A DNA stretch of 64,000 nt from a virus (lineage: Duplodnaviria > Caudoviricetes). A model generated the notes under the pieces. The model saw only the letters and a list, made by a program, of their open reading frames with translations. It made no database searches and was not told the DNA's origin. The stretch spans positions 2,151 through 66,150 of the IMG/VR virus record IMGVR_UViG_2648501128_000003. The stretch is one strand, 5' to 3'. The first letter of the stretch is position 1; each line of letters begins with the position of its first letter. Of this stretch, positions 17,753 through 28,332 are shown piece by piece. The position numbers were made by a program, and so were the translations under genes.

Positions 17753-19168
17753 TTGGCTAAATTACAAGGTGTTAAAACGTTGGACATGACGAACGGCGAA
17801 GTCACGAAAGTTGAGTATAACGGAGAGGTTTACGCGAAAGTGGACGGCGGACGAGGCTCTATAAAACCGTGCGACATTCTGCTTAATAAGACGGATAAGG
17901 CGGACGCACCTGCCGGGAACTATTACGAAGTTACAGAGCAAGGAAGTGTATATGACGATGTTGGCGCGCTTCATATGAATATCCTCTACGATTGCTTTAT
18001 TTTCCGCAAAGTCAACGCAGCCCCTTACGCACTTGTGACCGACCGCGAGCCGAAAGCGGGCGACTTCGTAAAGTTTTTGCAGGAGTTCGTCGATGACGAC
18101 ACGGATTTAACTGCGGGCAAGTACTACGAAATTACGAGGGTTAGAGGCGACTACGTTTATTTTGACGATGACGAAAACGACGAACGGGTAAAAAATCCGA
18201 AGCATGATGGCGTAGAAGTTTACGAAAAGGTTGGCGCAACTCCTACGGAAACCTTAACGCACAACGGCGCAACCTACACGTTAGTTGACCGCAAAGCACA
18301 GCCGGGCGATGTCGTGGTGTTTACGGAGAATACGAGTAGATATGTACGTAACGGCGTACCTTACGAAGTTACTGGGTATAACGACGGAATGGCTTCAACT
18401 AGCAGGGTTATCATATATCGCGAAGACTTTAACCGCACGCCAGCCAACGTTAAGGTTTACGAACCGCAGGTCGCGCCGGTTGCGACGGAGAAGCCGTTAC
18501 AAGTCGGAGATTATGCGAAGGTTGTTAACGATGACACGGTGCAGAATGCTGGGACTATCCCGAAAGATACAATCGTAGAAATCGTCGGAAAAGATAGTAC
18601 CGACATACCTTACCGAATGAAATCATTAGTAAACGGAAAGATACGATGGGCAAAAGCGGACCATATCGTAAAAGCAACAGACGAAGAAGTGGCGAAAGCC
18701 AAAGCTACGTTACAAGTTGGCGACTATGTCCGAACACTAACCGCAAGCATATACGGAAAGTTATCGTCAGGGACAATCGGCAAAATAACGAAAATTGATT
18801 CTGACGGAGAACATCTGGTCGTTCCATTAGACGACGAGGACGCCGACGGATATTATGTCGCAAAAGACCTCGAAAAGTTAAGCGAGGAAGAAGTCGAGCA
18901 GCATCGCGCCGAGCAAGCCGAACTCTCACGCTGGGCCGCAATCGGACGCAGGCCTAACGAGTTCAAGGCGGGCGATATTGCAAAACTTATCACATCGGAC
19001 GGTTCGATTTACTTTGGCGAAATTTCAAGCGCGCAAGAGGGGTCGACGGTCAAGTTCAAGCATCTTCACGTTATAAGGTATGGAACAACTACGGAACGCA
19101 CGAAGAACCTAACGCTAATTACGCCAGTTGAACAACGTTTCGACCTAACGGAGCAATCTGGTGAGTAA
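17753..19168 (+). CDS. Multi-module protein with ~6 repeated 'K(A/P)xxGDxV' beta modules
   Basis: EPKAGDFVKF, KAQPGDVVVF, LQVGDYAKV, LQVGDYVRT, FKAGDIAK. Confidence 0.75.
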   Translation: MAKLQGVKTLDMTNGEVTKVEYNGEVYAKVDGGRGSIKPCDILLNKTDKADAPAGNYYEVTEQGSVYDDVGALHMNILYDCFIFRKVNAAPYALVTDREPKAGDFVKFLQEFVDDDTDLTAGKYYEITRVRGDYVYFDDDENDERVKNPKHDGVEVYEKVGATPTETLTHNGATYTLVDRKAQPGDVVVFTENTSRYVRNGVPYEVTGYNDGMASTSRVIIYREDFNRTPANVKVYEPQVAPVATEKPLQVGDYAKVVNDDTVQNAGTIPKDTIVEIVGKDSTDIPYRMKSLVNGKIRWAKADHIVKATDEEVAKAKATLQVGDYVRTLTASIYGKLSSGTIGKITKIDSDGEHLVVPLDDEDADGYYVAKDLEKLSEEEVEQHRAEQAELSRWAAIGRRPNEFKAGDIAKLITSDGSIYFGEISSAQEGSTVKFKHLHVIRYGTTTERTKNLTLITPVEQRFDLTEQSGE

Positions 19169-19334
19169 CACTTGCGCAAACTGTTCCGGCGATCTTTCGC
19201 CCAACAAACCGCACCTTTACGACGACCATGCGGAGCTGACGTTCTGCGACTCGCAATGCTGGCGAGAATGGGCGGTTGGGGCAGGAGAGGGCGCAGTGCT
19301 GGCGTTTTACGCGAAATTAAATCTAATAGAATAA
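19161..19334 (+). CDS. Small TRASH/YHS-like zinc-finger protein (57 aa)
   Basis: MSNTCANC..TFCDSQCWREW; RBS GGAG. Confidence 0.65.
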   Translation: MSNTCANCSGDLSPNKPHLYDDHAELTFCDSQCWREWAVGAGEGAVLAFYAKLNLIE

Positions 19335-19349
19335 TCGGAGGGATAGCGA

Positions 19350-19772
19350 ATGGCTCAATTAAATTTACTCGGCGCACAACGCGTCAAGGCGCTTACGGAA
19401 ATTCTAAAGGAGCAAGAGGCGGCAGCAATTGCGGAAATCAAGAAAGAGCAACTTTCGCATGGGAAGGCGGAGTTGATTGTTAGCTCCGAGTTAGGTATTA
19501 AGGAGTACGTAACCGAAATTGTTGCGATGGAGAAACGAATCGAGGAACTTAACGAATTTATCACGCCTAAAACCGGTGGCTATTATAAAATTACCCACGG
19601 TTACAATTACGGGAATACCCGTAGTCAATATAATGAAATGCTTGCGAAAGCACAGGCTGCTGGCACCGATAAGAAAATTGCCGCAGTTAAAGCGGAGTTC
19701 AAGCGCAAGGAACAATCGCTATGGCTGTGCGAAACATTAGAAGAAGCGAAGGCAATCGTCGGCATAGAGTAA
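19350..19772 (+). CDS. Hypothetical coiled-coil protein
   Basis: RBS GGAGG; operonic. Confidence 0.7.
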   Translation: MAQLNLLGAQRVKALTEILKEQEAAAIAEIKKEQLSHGKAELIVSSELGIKEYVTEIVAMEKRIEELNEFITPKTGGYYKITHGYNYGNTRSQYNEMLAKAQAAGTDKKIAAVKAEFKRKEQSLWLCETLEEAKAIVGIE

Positions 19773-19791
19773 CGCGAAAGGGGCGATTGAT

Positions 19792-22062
19792 TTGACGCTA
19801 AACATTCAGTTAAATTTGCGAAATCCAACGAGTGATACCGAAACGTCCGAGCGTGTCAAAGCGGCTGGCAACCGCAAGAAGGCAGCGACGGAAACGATCG
19901 AGGAAGCTTGGGCGCGAATACTGACGATGAAGAACAGCGACGCAGACCAAGCGAAGTTATACGAAGTAAAAGCGGCGATGCAGGCGGGGACGATAGGCAG
20001 GTTCCCCGCCGATGCTTCGAAAAGGTTTAGCAAAGCGGAAGCGTTACGAATGCACAGGGAACTTGCGGAACGGCAACGCGAGGAAACTTTGCGCAGAATG
20101 GTCGAGGAAACACCGGACAATTACGAACTCATATTAACGCGAGAACAGTTGGTCGATTTATCGGCGCATTTGATGGCAGAGGATATTGTCGCAGTTGATA
20201 CGGAAACGACGGGCGTTGACGTTTACACGGACGTAATTGTCGGAATGTCGTTCAGCCTTCCGAACGCGGACAGGCACGTGTATATTCCGGTCGACCACTC
20301 GGCTGAAACTCCGCAATTATCGTTAGAGTACGTACTGAATACGTTGCGACCGTTTTTACAACACGAAGCAATCGGCAAGGTTTTGCATAACGCGATGTTC
20401 GATATTGCGATGTTCAGGCGCCACGGCTCCGACCTAAAAGGCGTTGTTTGGGACACGATGACGTCGATGCATTTGCTTAATGAAAACGAAAATGACCGAG
20501 CATTGGGCGGTGTAGGTTCGTTCAAGTTGAAGGATTTAGCGCCGAAGTATCTCGGAGTGGCATCCGATACCTTCGACGCCTTGTTCGGTAAGAATGCACA
20601 ATTTCGCGAAGTGCCGTTGGACTTGGCGCTAGTTTACGCAGCGAAAGATACGCATTTAACGTGGCGTTTGTATCAATTTCAACGCGAACACATGGCGAAA
20701 ATGCCTACGATACTCGAATACTATCAGTCGGTCGAGGTTCCGTTGCTATACGTAATCGTTGATTTGGAGGCAAACGGCTATATCCTCGACTTAGATTTCG
20801 CGAAAGAATACGGAGAACAGTTGCATAAACGTGCGAAAGAATTAAGCGCCGAATTAATCGCGACCCTTACTCCGTATCATGACGGCGAAGATCTAATTAA
20901 CTTAAATTCAACGCAACAGATGCGACCGGCATTATCGAAAGCAATCGGCAAAGAACTTCCGAACATGGACGCTAAGAAAACGTTGAAACCGTTGAAAGGC
21001 GAGCATGACGTTATCGCGAAACTGCTCGAATATAAAAACATTACGAAGTTAAGTAGCACGTATATCGACGCTTTACCGTTGAAACAGAATCCAACGACTA
21101 AGCGATGGCATTCACGATTCAATCCGATGGGAACCGTTACGGGGCGATTTAGTTCCGGCAAGGACGAAGAGGATAAGACAGATCAAGGATTCAATGCGCA
21201 GAATCAACCGCAGGAAGCGCGTCCGATGTTCGTTGCGCCACCAGGCAAAGTCCTTGTGGGCGCCGACTTTAAAGCGCAGGAAATTCGTTGCGTAGCGTAC
21301 TTGTCAGGCGAGCCAGTTTTAATCGACGCTTTCCTAGAGGAACGCGATCCGTACGCAATGATGGCGTCGAACTTTTACAAGCGACCGTACGAGGAAGTTA
21401 ACAAAAATCCGGACGGCAGCGACACAAAAGAGCGTAAGCAAATGAAGGTCGTATGGTTGGCGACACTCTACGGAATGAGCGATTATTCGCTCGCAGAAAT
21501 GCTCGGCGTAAGTAAGAAAGAGGCGACCGAGTTCAAGGGAGAATTATTCGGAAGTATGCCGAAATTATCCGCGTGGTTAGCGGCGAACGATGAATTCGCT
21601 AAGAAACACGGATTTGTTTGGGCCGACAAGCAAGCGAGAAAGCGCCGAGTACCTGACGCGAAATTGAAACGCAAGCACATACCGTATGGCAAATGGAACG
21701 ACCCGAAATATGAGGATGCGAAAAAGCACAACTCGCGTATTGGTAGGGCGCTACGCCAAACGACGAATGCTCGCGTACAAGGTTCGTCGTCAATTCAAAC
21801 GAAAGTAACGATGATTCGAGCGCACGAATATTGCGTAAAAAAGCCAGGCTGGTCGCTTTGGGCTACGGTTCATGACGAATTAATTTTCGAAGTGCCGGAG
21901 GACTTTACGCGAGAAGAAGCGCAAGACATTCGCAACATCATGCTTAATTCGTACCGATGGGGCGACGATGTGCCGAACGGTACAGACATCGAAGTTATGC
22001 GCAGATGGGGCGAAGGAATACCGGTTGAAGAGTGGTTTAAATCGAAGGAGGAATCGGAATGA
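19792..22062 (+). CDS. polA: Family A DNA polymerase with 3'-5' exonuclease
   Basis: ExoI DTETTG, HNAMFD, YAAKD; TGRFSS; motif A ADFKAQEIR; motif B RKQMKVVWLATLYGM; motif C VHDEL. Confidence 0.95.
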   Translation: MTLNIQLNLRNPTSDTETSERVKAAGNRKKAATETIEEAWARILTMKNSDADQAKLYEVKAAMQAGTIGRFPADASKRFSKAEALRMHRELAERQREETLRRMVEETPDNYELILTREQLVDLSAHLMAEDIVAVDTETTGVDVYTDVIVGMSFSLPNADRHVYIPVDHSAETPQLSLEYVLNTLRPFLQHEAIGKVLHNAMFDIAMFRRHGSDLKGVVWDTMTSMHLLNENENDRALGGVGSFKLKDLAPKYLGVASDTFDALFGKNAQFREVPLDLALVYAAKDTHLTWRLYQFQREHMAKMPTILEYYQSVEVPLLYVIVDLEANGYILDLDFAKEYGEQLHKRAKELSAELIATLTPYHDGEDLINLNSTQQMRPALSKAIGKELPNMDAKKTLKPLKGEHDVIAKLLEYKNITKLSSTYIDALPLKQNPTTKRWHSRFNPMGTVTGRFSSGKDEEDKTDQGFNAQNQPQEARPMFVAPPGKVLVGADFKAQEIRCVAYLSGEPVLIDAFLEERDPYAMMASNFYKRPYEEVNKNPDGSDTKERKQMKVVWLATLYGMSDYSLAEMLGVSKKEATEFKGELFGSMPKLSAWLAANDEFAKKHGFVWADKQARKRRVPDAKLKRKHIPYGKWNDPKYEDAKKHNSRIGRALRQTTNARVQGSSSIQTKVTMIRAHEYCVKKPGWSLWATVHDELIFEVPEDFTREEAQDIRNIMLNSYRWGDDVPNGTDIEVMRRWGEGIPVEEWFKSKEESE

Positions 22063-22286
22063 GCGATAAGTTAGCGAAAATAAAGACATATATCGAAGAA
22101 AAGCTGGACGAGTTAAGTTCGGAAATTGACGAAATCGACGAGAGATTTGAAGAGGGATTTGACCCGATGGATTGGTCCGGAGGTAATTTCGACGACGCTT
22201 ATTCCTTAGGGGAAGAGGACGGCGAAACGCGTGGTTCTTACCGAGTTTTATCGAAAATTAAGCGCATCTTAGAGGAGGCGGTCTGA
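22059..22286 (+). CDS. Acidic hypothetical protein
   Basis: RBS AAGGAGG; ATGA overlap. Confidence 0.7.
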   Translation: MSDKLAKIKTYIEEKLDELSSEIDEIDERFEEGFDPMDWSGGNFDDAYSLGEEDGETRGSYRVLSKIKRILEEAV

Positions 22287-22516
22287 TGAAACAATTCACA
22301 CTCGACTTACTTTACGTACTACTCGCGTTTATTTTCGCGGTCGTACTTGACGCAATCATTTACGGAGCGTTCGGCGCTGTAATCTACTTTGGCTTACCGG
22401 TGTTAGGCGTTGACATTACATTCCATCAAGCGTTTATATTAGCGCTATTAATCACCGTTGTAGGCATGTTATTTCGCGGCGGGAACACACGCAAGCAGAC
22501 GAAAGGAGAAGATTAA
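22286..22516 (+). CDS. Small membrane protein
   Basis: Two hydrophobic segments; RBS GGAGG. Confidence 0.7.
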   Translation: MKQFTLDLLYVLLAFIFAVVLDAIIYGAFGAVIYFGLPVLGVDITFHQAFILALLITVVGMLFRGGNTRKQTKGED

Positions 22517-22930
22517 ATGAAACCGATATTTCTAGGTGATTGGGCGGAAGAAAATACGCAGCAGCAGCCGTGGAACAGCGATGAAACGGGACCGTTAGCT
22601 CATTTGAAATCAGATTTTGAAATAGACGATCAAACGCTTGAAGGCGTTGAGATAATGCTCGCGTTTTATACCTACGAGGACTACTCCGGTGACGCATTCG
22701 TTCTATTTCGCAATGATAGCCAATTATATGAAGTAAACGGCAGTCACTGTTCCTGTTATGGTCTTGAAGGACAGTGGGAGCCGGAAGAAACGACAATTGA
22801 TGTACTAGAGCATCGTTTGAACGAAGGTAGTCTCGGTGTTGATGATTATTGGTACGGTGAGGGCGCGAAGAATAAGTTTGCGGTTGAATTGCGCACAGTT
22901 CTTGCGCAGTTAAAGGAGGCGATTAATTGA
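22517..22930 (+). CDS. Conserved phage protein (YEVNGSHCSCYGLEGQW motif)
   Basis: RBS AAAGGAG; motif recalled from phage hypotheticals. Confidence 0.7.
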   Translation: MKPIFLGDWAEENTQQQPWNSDETGPLAHLKSDFEIDDQTLEGVEIMLAFYTYEDYSGDAFVLFRNDSQLYEVNGSHCSCYGLEGQWEPEETTIDVLEHRLNEGSLGVDDYWYGEGAKNKFAVELRTVLAQLKEAIN

Positions 22931-23940
22931 GTCAACTACTAGCGGAGCGAATAGCGCAAGATTTTATCGAATTTCTCGACGAGTTTCACCGATACCCTCA
23001 GCCGTACGATGACGCAATGGACGCTGAATTTTACGAACAATATGCGCGAGTGCTGCGCGAACAATCGAAATGGGGTTACTTTAATTGGAAAACGGCACCT
23101 GACGGCACTCCACGCCCAACATTCGCGCCAAGCAGCGCAGGAAAGGATGAGCGCCAGCTTTACGAAAAGGCGATGCGATCGAAACAAGACGGACGCCCAC
23201 CTAATCGCAATCAACGTGACTGGACGGGGTTGGGTTCGCAAGTAGGTGCGTATATTCAACGCGAAGTAATGCTGGCCGAACGACATTTCGAACGCTTGAC
23301 CGGCAAAGCGCCGAGATTCCGATTTGAGCGAACAGAGCGCGGTGAGCCTGCGTTTGAACACTTCGTTAAAAAGATTCACGAAGTCGAACATAATGGCGAA
23401 AAGTTCGGACTGAACGGACTGCCCGACGGAATCCTTCTTTATATAACGGATGATGGCGAAGTGTTGCGCGTTGGGCTCGAAGTGAAGTCGTTCCAAAAAA
23501 GCTACACGGATTTTAAAAAGCAAGACAAGCCGAAGCTCGACCACGAATTGCAAACGCATGTATATAACGAAATGTACGACTTAGACTACACGATCATTCT
23601 CTATCACTTAACGTACGGCGCGGAGTGGGAACGGGATTTCGGACGTAGCAAAGCGTATGGTCGATATTTCCCGAAAGAAGCACGCATTGAATTGCTCGAC
23701 AAGTTTGCGCGAGTGACGAAGGCGTGGCGAACTAAAACGCCGCCAGCGATTGACCTCGACGGATGGAAATATAACGACTATAAGACGGCGATTGCGAAGG
23801 GCTTTAGCGACGATGAATTCGAACTACTTAAAGCGCAAGTCAGACGATCGCAGCGATCGAATTTACCGCAATGGAAAAAGAATCAGTATTATGATGCGTT
23901 GGAGTTCATTCGCGAGGTGCGCGAAAAGGAGGCGGGCTGA
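22927..23940 (+). CDS. PD-(D/E)XK exonuclease (RecB/Cas4-like fold, no Fe-S cysteines)
   Basis: FAPSSAG, GLPDGIL, LEVKS, HELQTHVY. Confidence 0.8.
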   Translation: MSQLLAERIAQDFIEFLDEFHRYPQPYDDAMDAEFYEQYARVLREQSKWGYFNWKTAPDGTPRPTFAPSSAGKDERQLYEKAMRSKQDGRPPNRNQRDWTGLGSQVGAYIQREVMLAERHFERLTGKAPRFRFERTERGEPAFEHFVKKIHEVEHNGEKFGLNGLPDGILLYITDDGEVLRVGLEVKSFQKSYTDFKKQDKPKLDHELQTHVYNEMYDLDYTIILYHLTYGAEWERDFGRSKAYGRYFPKEARIELLDKFARVTKAWRTKTPPAIDLDGWKYNDYKTAIAKGFSDDEFELLKAQVRRSQRSNLPQWKKNQYYDALEFIREVREKEAG

Positions 23941-24482
23941 TGAGGATCCTCTCGTTTGACACCAGTCTTTCAGCGCCAGGAGTCTCCATCATCGAAGTTG
24001 TTCGCGGCATCCCACGCATCATCGACCTGTCGCACATCACGACCGACTCGAAAACGCAAACGCACGGACTGCGCGCTGACATAGTCGAAAGTTGGGCGAC
24101 GCTATTCCTCGCCAATCACGCGAAAAAAGGCTTCGATTTTATCACTCGCGAAGATTTCCACGGACAATCGAGCGCACAAAATTATCCGGTCATGGCTGCG
24201 TGGAGTGGTTGCGAAAGGGCTGTCGAGAAGTTCGGCTTCAAGTTCGACAAGTATACGTATATGCAAAAGAACGGGCGGAGAAAGACGTTGCTCGGCGTGC
24301 CGCAGTCGCAGGTCAAGTTGTTGGTAGTCGGTAAGGGGAACGCAGACAAGCCGGAAGTAGCCGAAGCCGTGCGAAAGTTGACGGGATACGCGGGAGAGTT
24401 CGCGAAGGACGATGAATCGGATGCATGTGCGGTGGGACTGGCGTATTTAATTAACGAAGGACTAATTAAGGGGGCGGTATGA
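23940..24482 (+). CDS. RuvC-like Holliday junction resolvase
   Basis: ILSFDTSLSAPG, VKLLVVGKGNADK, DDESDACAVG. Confidence 0.85.
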   Translation: MRILSFDTSLSAPGVSIIEVVRGIPRIIDLSHITTDSKTQTHGLRADIVESWATLFLANHAKKGFDFITREDFHGQSSAQNYPVMAAWSGCERAVEKFGFKFDKYTYMQKNGRRKTLLGVPQSQVKLLVVGKGNADKPEVAEAVRKLTGYAGEFAKDDESDACAVGLAYLINEGLIKGAV

Positions 24483-24991
24483 TGGGTTTAATAATCTTGG
24501 CGGTTATTGTAGGAACTGCCGCAGCGGTATTACTTGCGATTGAAATTCACGCCGATAGTTTCGGCGAATGGTTTGTCTCGGCGATGCTCGGATTTATGAT
24601 CGGTTTATTGACACTACTATTAGGGATTTTACCGTCATTTGTTTACGATACGTCACCGGCGACACCCAGTAAACAAGAAATTCACGCAATCAAAGATAAT
24701 AATGAAGTACATGGAAATTTTGCATTAGGATTCGGTTCAGTTGACGAGGAGCAATATTACTACTACGTAATTGAGGACGTCGAAGGATTTAAATCGATTG
24801 AAAAGACGAAAGTTAGCAAGTCGAAAATTAAAGAGGATGCAAACGACCAACCGTATATTCTGACCTATAAACATCGATTCAATTCCGCATTTGCGCGCTT
24901 TATGTACGGAGAATATAGCGGAAGTTACTCATACGAGATTCACGTACCAAAAAATACGATAACGACCGAATTTAATATCGACTTGGAATAA
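24479..24991 (+). CDS. Membrane protein with extracytoplasmic domain
   Basis: Two N-terminal TM segments; GNFALGFGSV..YYYYV. Confidence 0.72.
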   Translation: MMGLIILAVIVGTAAAVLLAIEIHADSFGEWFVSAMLGFMIGLLTLLLGILPSFVYDTSPATPSKQEIHAIKDNNEVHGNFALGFGSVDEEQYYYYVIEDVEGFKSIEKTKVSKSKIKEDANDQPYILTYKHRFNSAFARFMYGEYSGSYSYEIHVPKNTITTEFNIDLE

Positions 24992-25004
24992 GGGAGGAAC
25001 TAGA

Positions 25005-25160
25005 ATGAAACTTTCACGTAGAGAACGCAGAGCAGAAGCGCGCAAAAATAAAACGGCATTCGTGCCGCAGTATAACGGAAAAGCACCGCAATCTTACGAG
25101 GAATATTACGGAGTCGGTTACGAGCGATTCAACAATAAATTCGTAACGATCGCGAAATGA
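25005..25160 (+). CDS. Small hypothetical protein (51 aa)
   Basis: RBS AGGGAGG; MKLSRRERRAEARK. Confidence 0.65.
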   Translation: MKLSRRERRAEARKNKTAFVPQYNGKAPQSYEEYYGVGYERFNNKFVTIAK

Positions 25161-25339
25161 GCGTAGCGCAAATCAACCGCAAGCTAATCTACGCACTTGA
25201 GCGCGAGCTAGCCGAACTGGACTACGACATTGAGCGTGTAACAGCACGGCGGACAGCGCTACAAGTGCGACGGGCGGAGGTTGTCGCCGGTATTGACGGA
25301 CTACGAAAAGTGATTACGGAGGAAGAAAGGACGGATTGA
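25157..25339 (+). CDS. Small coiled-coil protein
   Basis: ATGA overlap. Confidence 0.6.
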   Translation: MSVAQINRKLIYALERELAELDYDIERVTARRTALQVRRAEVVAGIDGLRKVITEEERTD

Positions 25340-27604
25340 ATGACGGAATTATTAACGGATAGTTTTATATCGAAATACCCCGATTTTCCATCGCACATGA
25401 ACGCGCTAGGAAAATTCGTTTACTTCAGGACTTACTCGCGCTTTCTACCGAATAAAGGACGTCGCGAAACGTGGAAGGAAACGTGCAGGCGTGCGACAGA
25501 ATACAACGTCGGCTTGGCGGTCAAGCACCTTGAAAAGATTGGCTACGCGGTCGATTACGATAAGCATCGCGCCGAAGCCGAGGAATTTTTCGACAGCATG
25601 TTTAACCTTCGCCAATTCCTTTCGGGGCGTACGTTGTGGGTAGGCGGTTCAGAAAACGGAGTGGCCGACAAGTACCCACTTGCGAATTTTAACTGCTCGT
25701 TCTTGAATATCCGCAGTTGGAGCGACCTTGGCGACCTTTTCTACCTATTGCTCGTCGGCACAGGCGTCGGCTTTAAATGTACGAAGGCTTTCGCGGATGA
25801 ACTAGCGCCGATTCGGACTAATTTTACGTTGCATAACGAGTCTTACGACCCTGTTGCGAAATCAGAGCGGTTAGAACATACGGAGCTGCGCGAAATCAAC
25901 GAGACTACTATCGAAATTGTGGTCGGAGATTCAAAGGAAGGATGGGTCGAGTCACTGCGATACTTCTTCGACATTCTGACAGACAAAGGCAGCGAGGATT
26001 ATACGCATATCATTATTAACTACGATTCGGTACGTCCGAATGGCGAACGCTTGAACACTTTCGGTGGCACAGCGTCGGGACCCGAACCGTTAATGGAAAT
26101 GTTCGCGGGAATCGAGCGAGTGTTAAAGAACGAAATTGACCCGTCGCTTGCTCCGTTAGATCGTGTTTGGATTTCTAACGGTCCTGCAAGTGTTCCTACC
26201 GCATACCAACGAGTCCGCCCAATTCACATTCTCGACATCGGCAATCTTATCGGCAACAACGTCGTGGTCGGAGGCGTGCGAAGAACGGCGGAAATATTCC
26301 TTTGTGACGCAGATGACTACGAATCAATTTTCGCGAAATACGGAATCAACGGCGTTTGGAATGAAGCGCAGCACCGCAAAATTATCGAGCAAGTCAAAGC
26401 ACTAGGTATAACGGAAGTGGCGACAATGCTCGAAGGGCTTGCGCTTAATGACCCGAATGCTCGGCCATTGCATCATCGCAGAATGTCGAACAACTCCGTG
26501 GCGTTTACCGAAAAGCCTTCTAGCGAACTATTAAACTTGCTATTCGAAATGATGCAGTCGGAAGGCGAGCCTGGCTTCGTAAATCTCGAAGAAGCACGTA
26601 GGCGACGACCTAATGCGGAAGGCTTAAACCCATGTGTAGAAATAATTCTCGACAGTTATGGCGTGTGCAACTTAACGACAGTCAATCTCGTTCAGTTCGT
26701 CAAGGAAATAAACGGCGAATATTATATCGACGTAAAGGGACTACTCGAAGCGCAACGGCATTCAGCACGAGCTGGCTTGCGTATGACACTCGCGGAACTA
26801 GAATTGTCACATTGGAATGACGTTCAACAACGCGATAGATTACTAGGAACATCGCTTACAGGCGTTAAAGATGCATTCGCAATGATCGATTACACGGAAG
26901 AAGAGGAATCGCAATTACTTGAACTTCTCGGTAAAGCCGCGAGAGAAGAGGCGGACAGATATGCGAAAGAGTTGCGTGTAATTTCGCCGTTATTAGTCAC
27001 GACGGTCAAGCCGGAAGGTACTATTTCGCAAGTGGCTGGCGGAGTATCAAGCGGTTTGCATTGGTCACATTCACCGTATTATATTCGCCGAATCAGAATC
27101 AACGCTGCCGACCCGTTAGCGAAAGCAGTACAGGACATCGGTTGGCCGGTTCACGCAGAAGTCGGTACGCCCGGCGAAACGGAAGCTGAACGCATCGCCA
27201 ATGCGCGAACGCTAGTTATCGACTTTCCTATCGCAAGTGGCGCAACTAAGACGAAGGACGACGTTTTCGCAGCGGAACAATTCGAAACATACTTCCGATT
27301 CCAGCGTGATTACACCGAACATAATTCGAGCAATACAATTCACGTCCGCCCGAATGAATGGGGCGAAGTCGAATCGATAGTTTACGAGAATTGGGACGAT
27401 TTCGTGGGCGTATCATTCCTCGCTTATGACGGTGGTTCGTATCAGCTTGCGCCGTACGAGGCAATTACCCGCGAACAATACGAGGAATTGTCGGTGAAAA
27501 TGGCGGAGTTCAAGCCGGAAATCTTGCAACGATTCGAAACGGGTAGCGACAGCGACCTTGACGGAATGGACGGTTGCGAGGGTGGAGTTTGTCCGATCAG
27601 ATAA
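25340..27604 (+). CDS. nrdJ: Class II (adenosylcobalamin-dependent) ribonucleoside-triphosphate reductase
   Basis: RTYSR, SGRTLW, NCSF, VVVGGVRRTAEI, NPCVEI, TVKPEGT, C-terminal CEGGVCPIR. Confidence 0.95.
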   Translation: MTELLTDSFISKYPDFPSHMNALGKFVYFRTYSRFLPNKGRRETWKETCRRATEYNVGLAVKHLEKIGYAVDYDKHRAEAEEFFDSMFNLRQFLSGRTLWVGGSENGVADKYPLANFNCSFLNIRSWSDLGDLFYLLLVGTGVGFKCTKAFADELAPIRTNFTLHNESYDPVAKSERLEHTELREINETTIEIVVGDSKEGWVESLRYFFDILTDKGSEDYTHIIINYDSVRPNGERLNTFGGTASGPEPLMEMFAGIERVLKNEIDPSLAPLDRVWISNGPASVPTAYQRVRPIHILDIGNLIGNNVVVGGVRRTAEIFLCDADDYESIFAKYGINGVWNEAQHRKIIEQVKALGITEVATMLEGLALNDPNARPLHHRRMSNNSVAFTEKPSSELLNLLFEMMQSEGEPGFVNLEEARRRRPNAEGLNPCVEIILDSYGVCNLTTVNLVQFVKEINGEYYIDVKGLLEAQRHSARAGLRMTLAELELSHWNDVQQRDRLLGTSLTGVKDAFAMIDYTEEEESQLLELLGKAAREEADRYAKELRVISPLLVTTVKPEGTISQVAGGVSSGLHWSHSPYYIRRIRINAADPLAKAVQDIGWPVHAEVGTPGETEAERIANARTLVIDFPIASGATKTKDDVFAAEQFETYFRFQRDYTEHNSSNTIHVRPNEWGEVESIVYENWDDFVGVSFLAYDGGSYQLAPYEAITREQYEELSVKMAEFKPEILQRFETGSDSDLDGMDGCEGGVCPIR

Positions 27605-27670
27605 GCGTAAGTTAGTCGGAGACAGGGCGAGCCAGCATGGGCGCCCGCAAATTAAACGGAGGTGTGACGA

Positions 27671-28321
27671 ATGCCATTACCGTCAAATAATATGCTATTC
27701 GGATTTGAACCGTTATTAACCGAGGAACAACGCGCCTATGTCGATTCGATTTTCGATAATCAACTGACGATCGTTAACGCGAAAAGTGGAACGGGCAAGA
27801 CGACGCTTGCGGTTGCTTGCGCTAAGTTGCTCGGAAAGCCCTTAATCTACACGTTTTCGCCAGTCGAAGAAGGTTCGCTCGGATTTACGCCAGGCACGGT
27901 CGAGGAAAAGGAATCGAAGTATACCCAGCCGTTGCTTGACGCGTTGATTGAGATTCGCGAGGACCCGCGCTTTGCGATTAAGAGCGAAAAGAACCCCGAT
28001 ATGATTAACGAAGGGGCGTGGATAATTGCGAAGTCACATACGTTCGTTCGCGGTACGAATATTAAAGATTCGGTGTTGATCGTGGACGAGGCGCAGAACT
28101 TCACTCGCGGCGAACTGAAGAAGTTGTTAACACGCGTTCATGATACAACGAAGGTCATCGTAATTGGTCACGATAAGCAAATCGACCTAAAAGACCCTAA
28201 GAAAAGCGGCTTTGCGCCTTATATCGAACATTTTCGCGATGAACCGTATGCAAACGTATTGGAATTAACGAAGAACTTCCGCGGCAGATTAGCGCAGCAC
28301 GCGGACGAATTATCATGGTAG
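27671..28321 (+). CDS. phoH: PhoH-like ATPase
   Basis: SGTGKT, LGFTPG, FVRGTN, DEAQN, GHDKQIDL. Confidence 0.92.
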   Translation: MPLPSNNMLFGFEPLLTEEQRAYVDSIFDNQLTIVNAKSGTGKTTLAVACAKLLGKPLIYTFSPVEEGSLGFTPGTVEEKESKYTQPLLDALIEIREDPRFAIKSEKNPDMINEGAWIIAKSHTFVRGTNIKDSVLIVDEAQNFTRGELKKLLTRVHDTTKVIVIGHDKQIDLKDPKKSGFAPYIEHFRDEPYANVLELTKNFRGRLAQHADELSW

Positions 28322-28332
28322 GAGGCGGTCTA

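Noticed and set aside
19172-19483. 103-aa ORF from the track
   Set aside because: Overlaps the better-supported zinc-finger ORF 19161-19334 and gene 19350; no RBS.
22939-23559. Long antisense ORFs (this one, 28599-29096, 48252-48767 and others)
   Set aside because: Antisense shadows of well-supported genes with no RBS or motifs.
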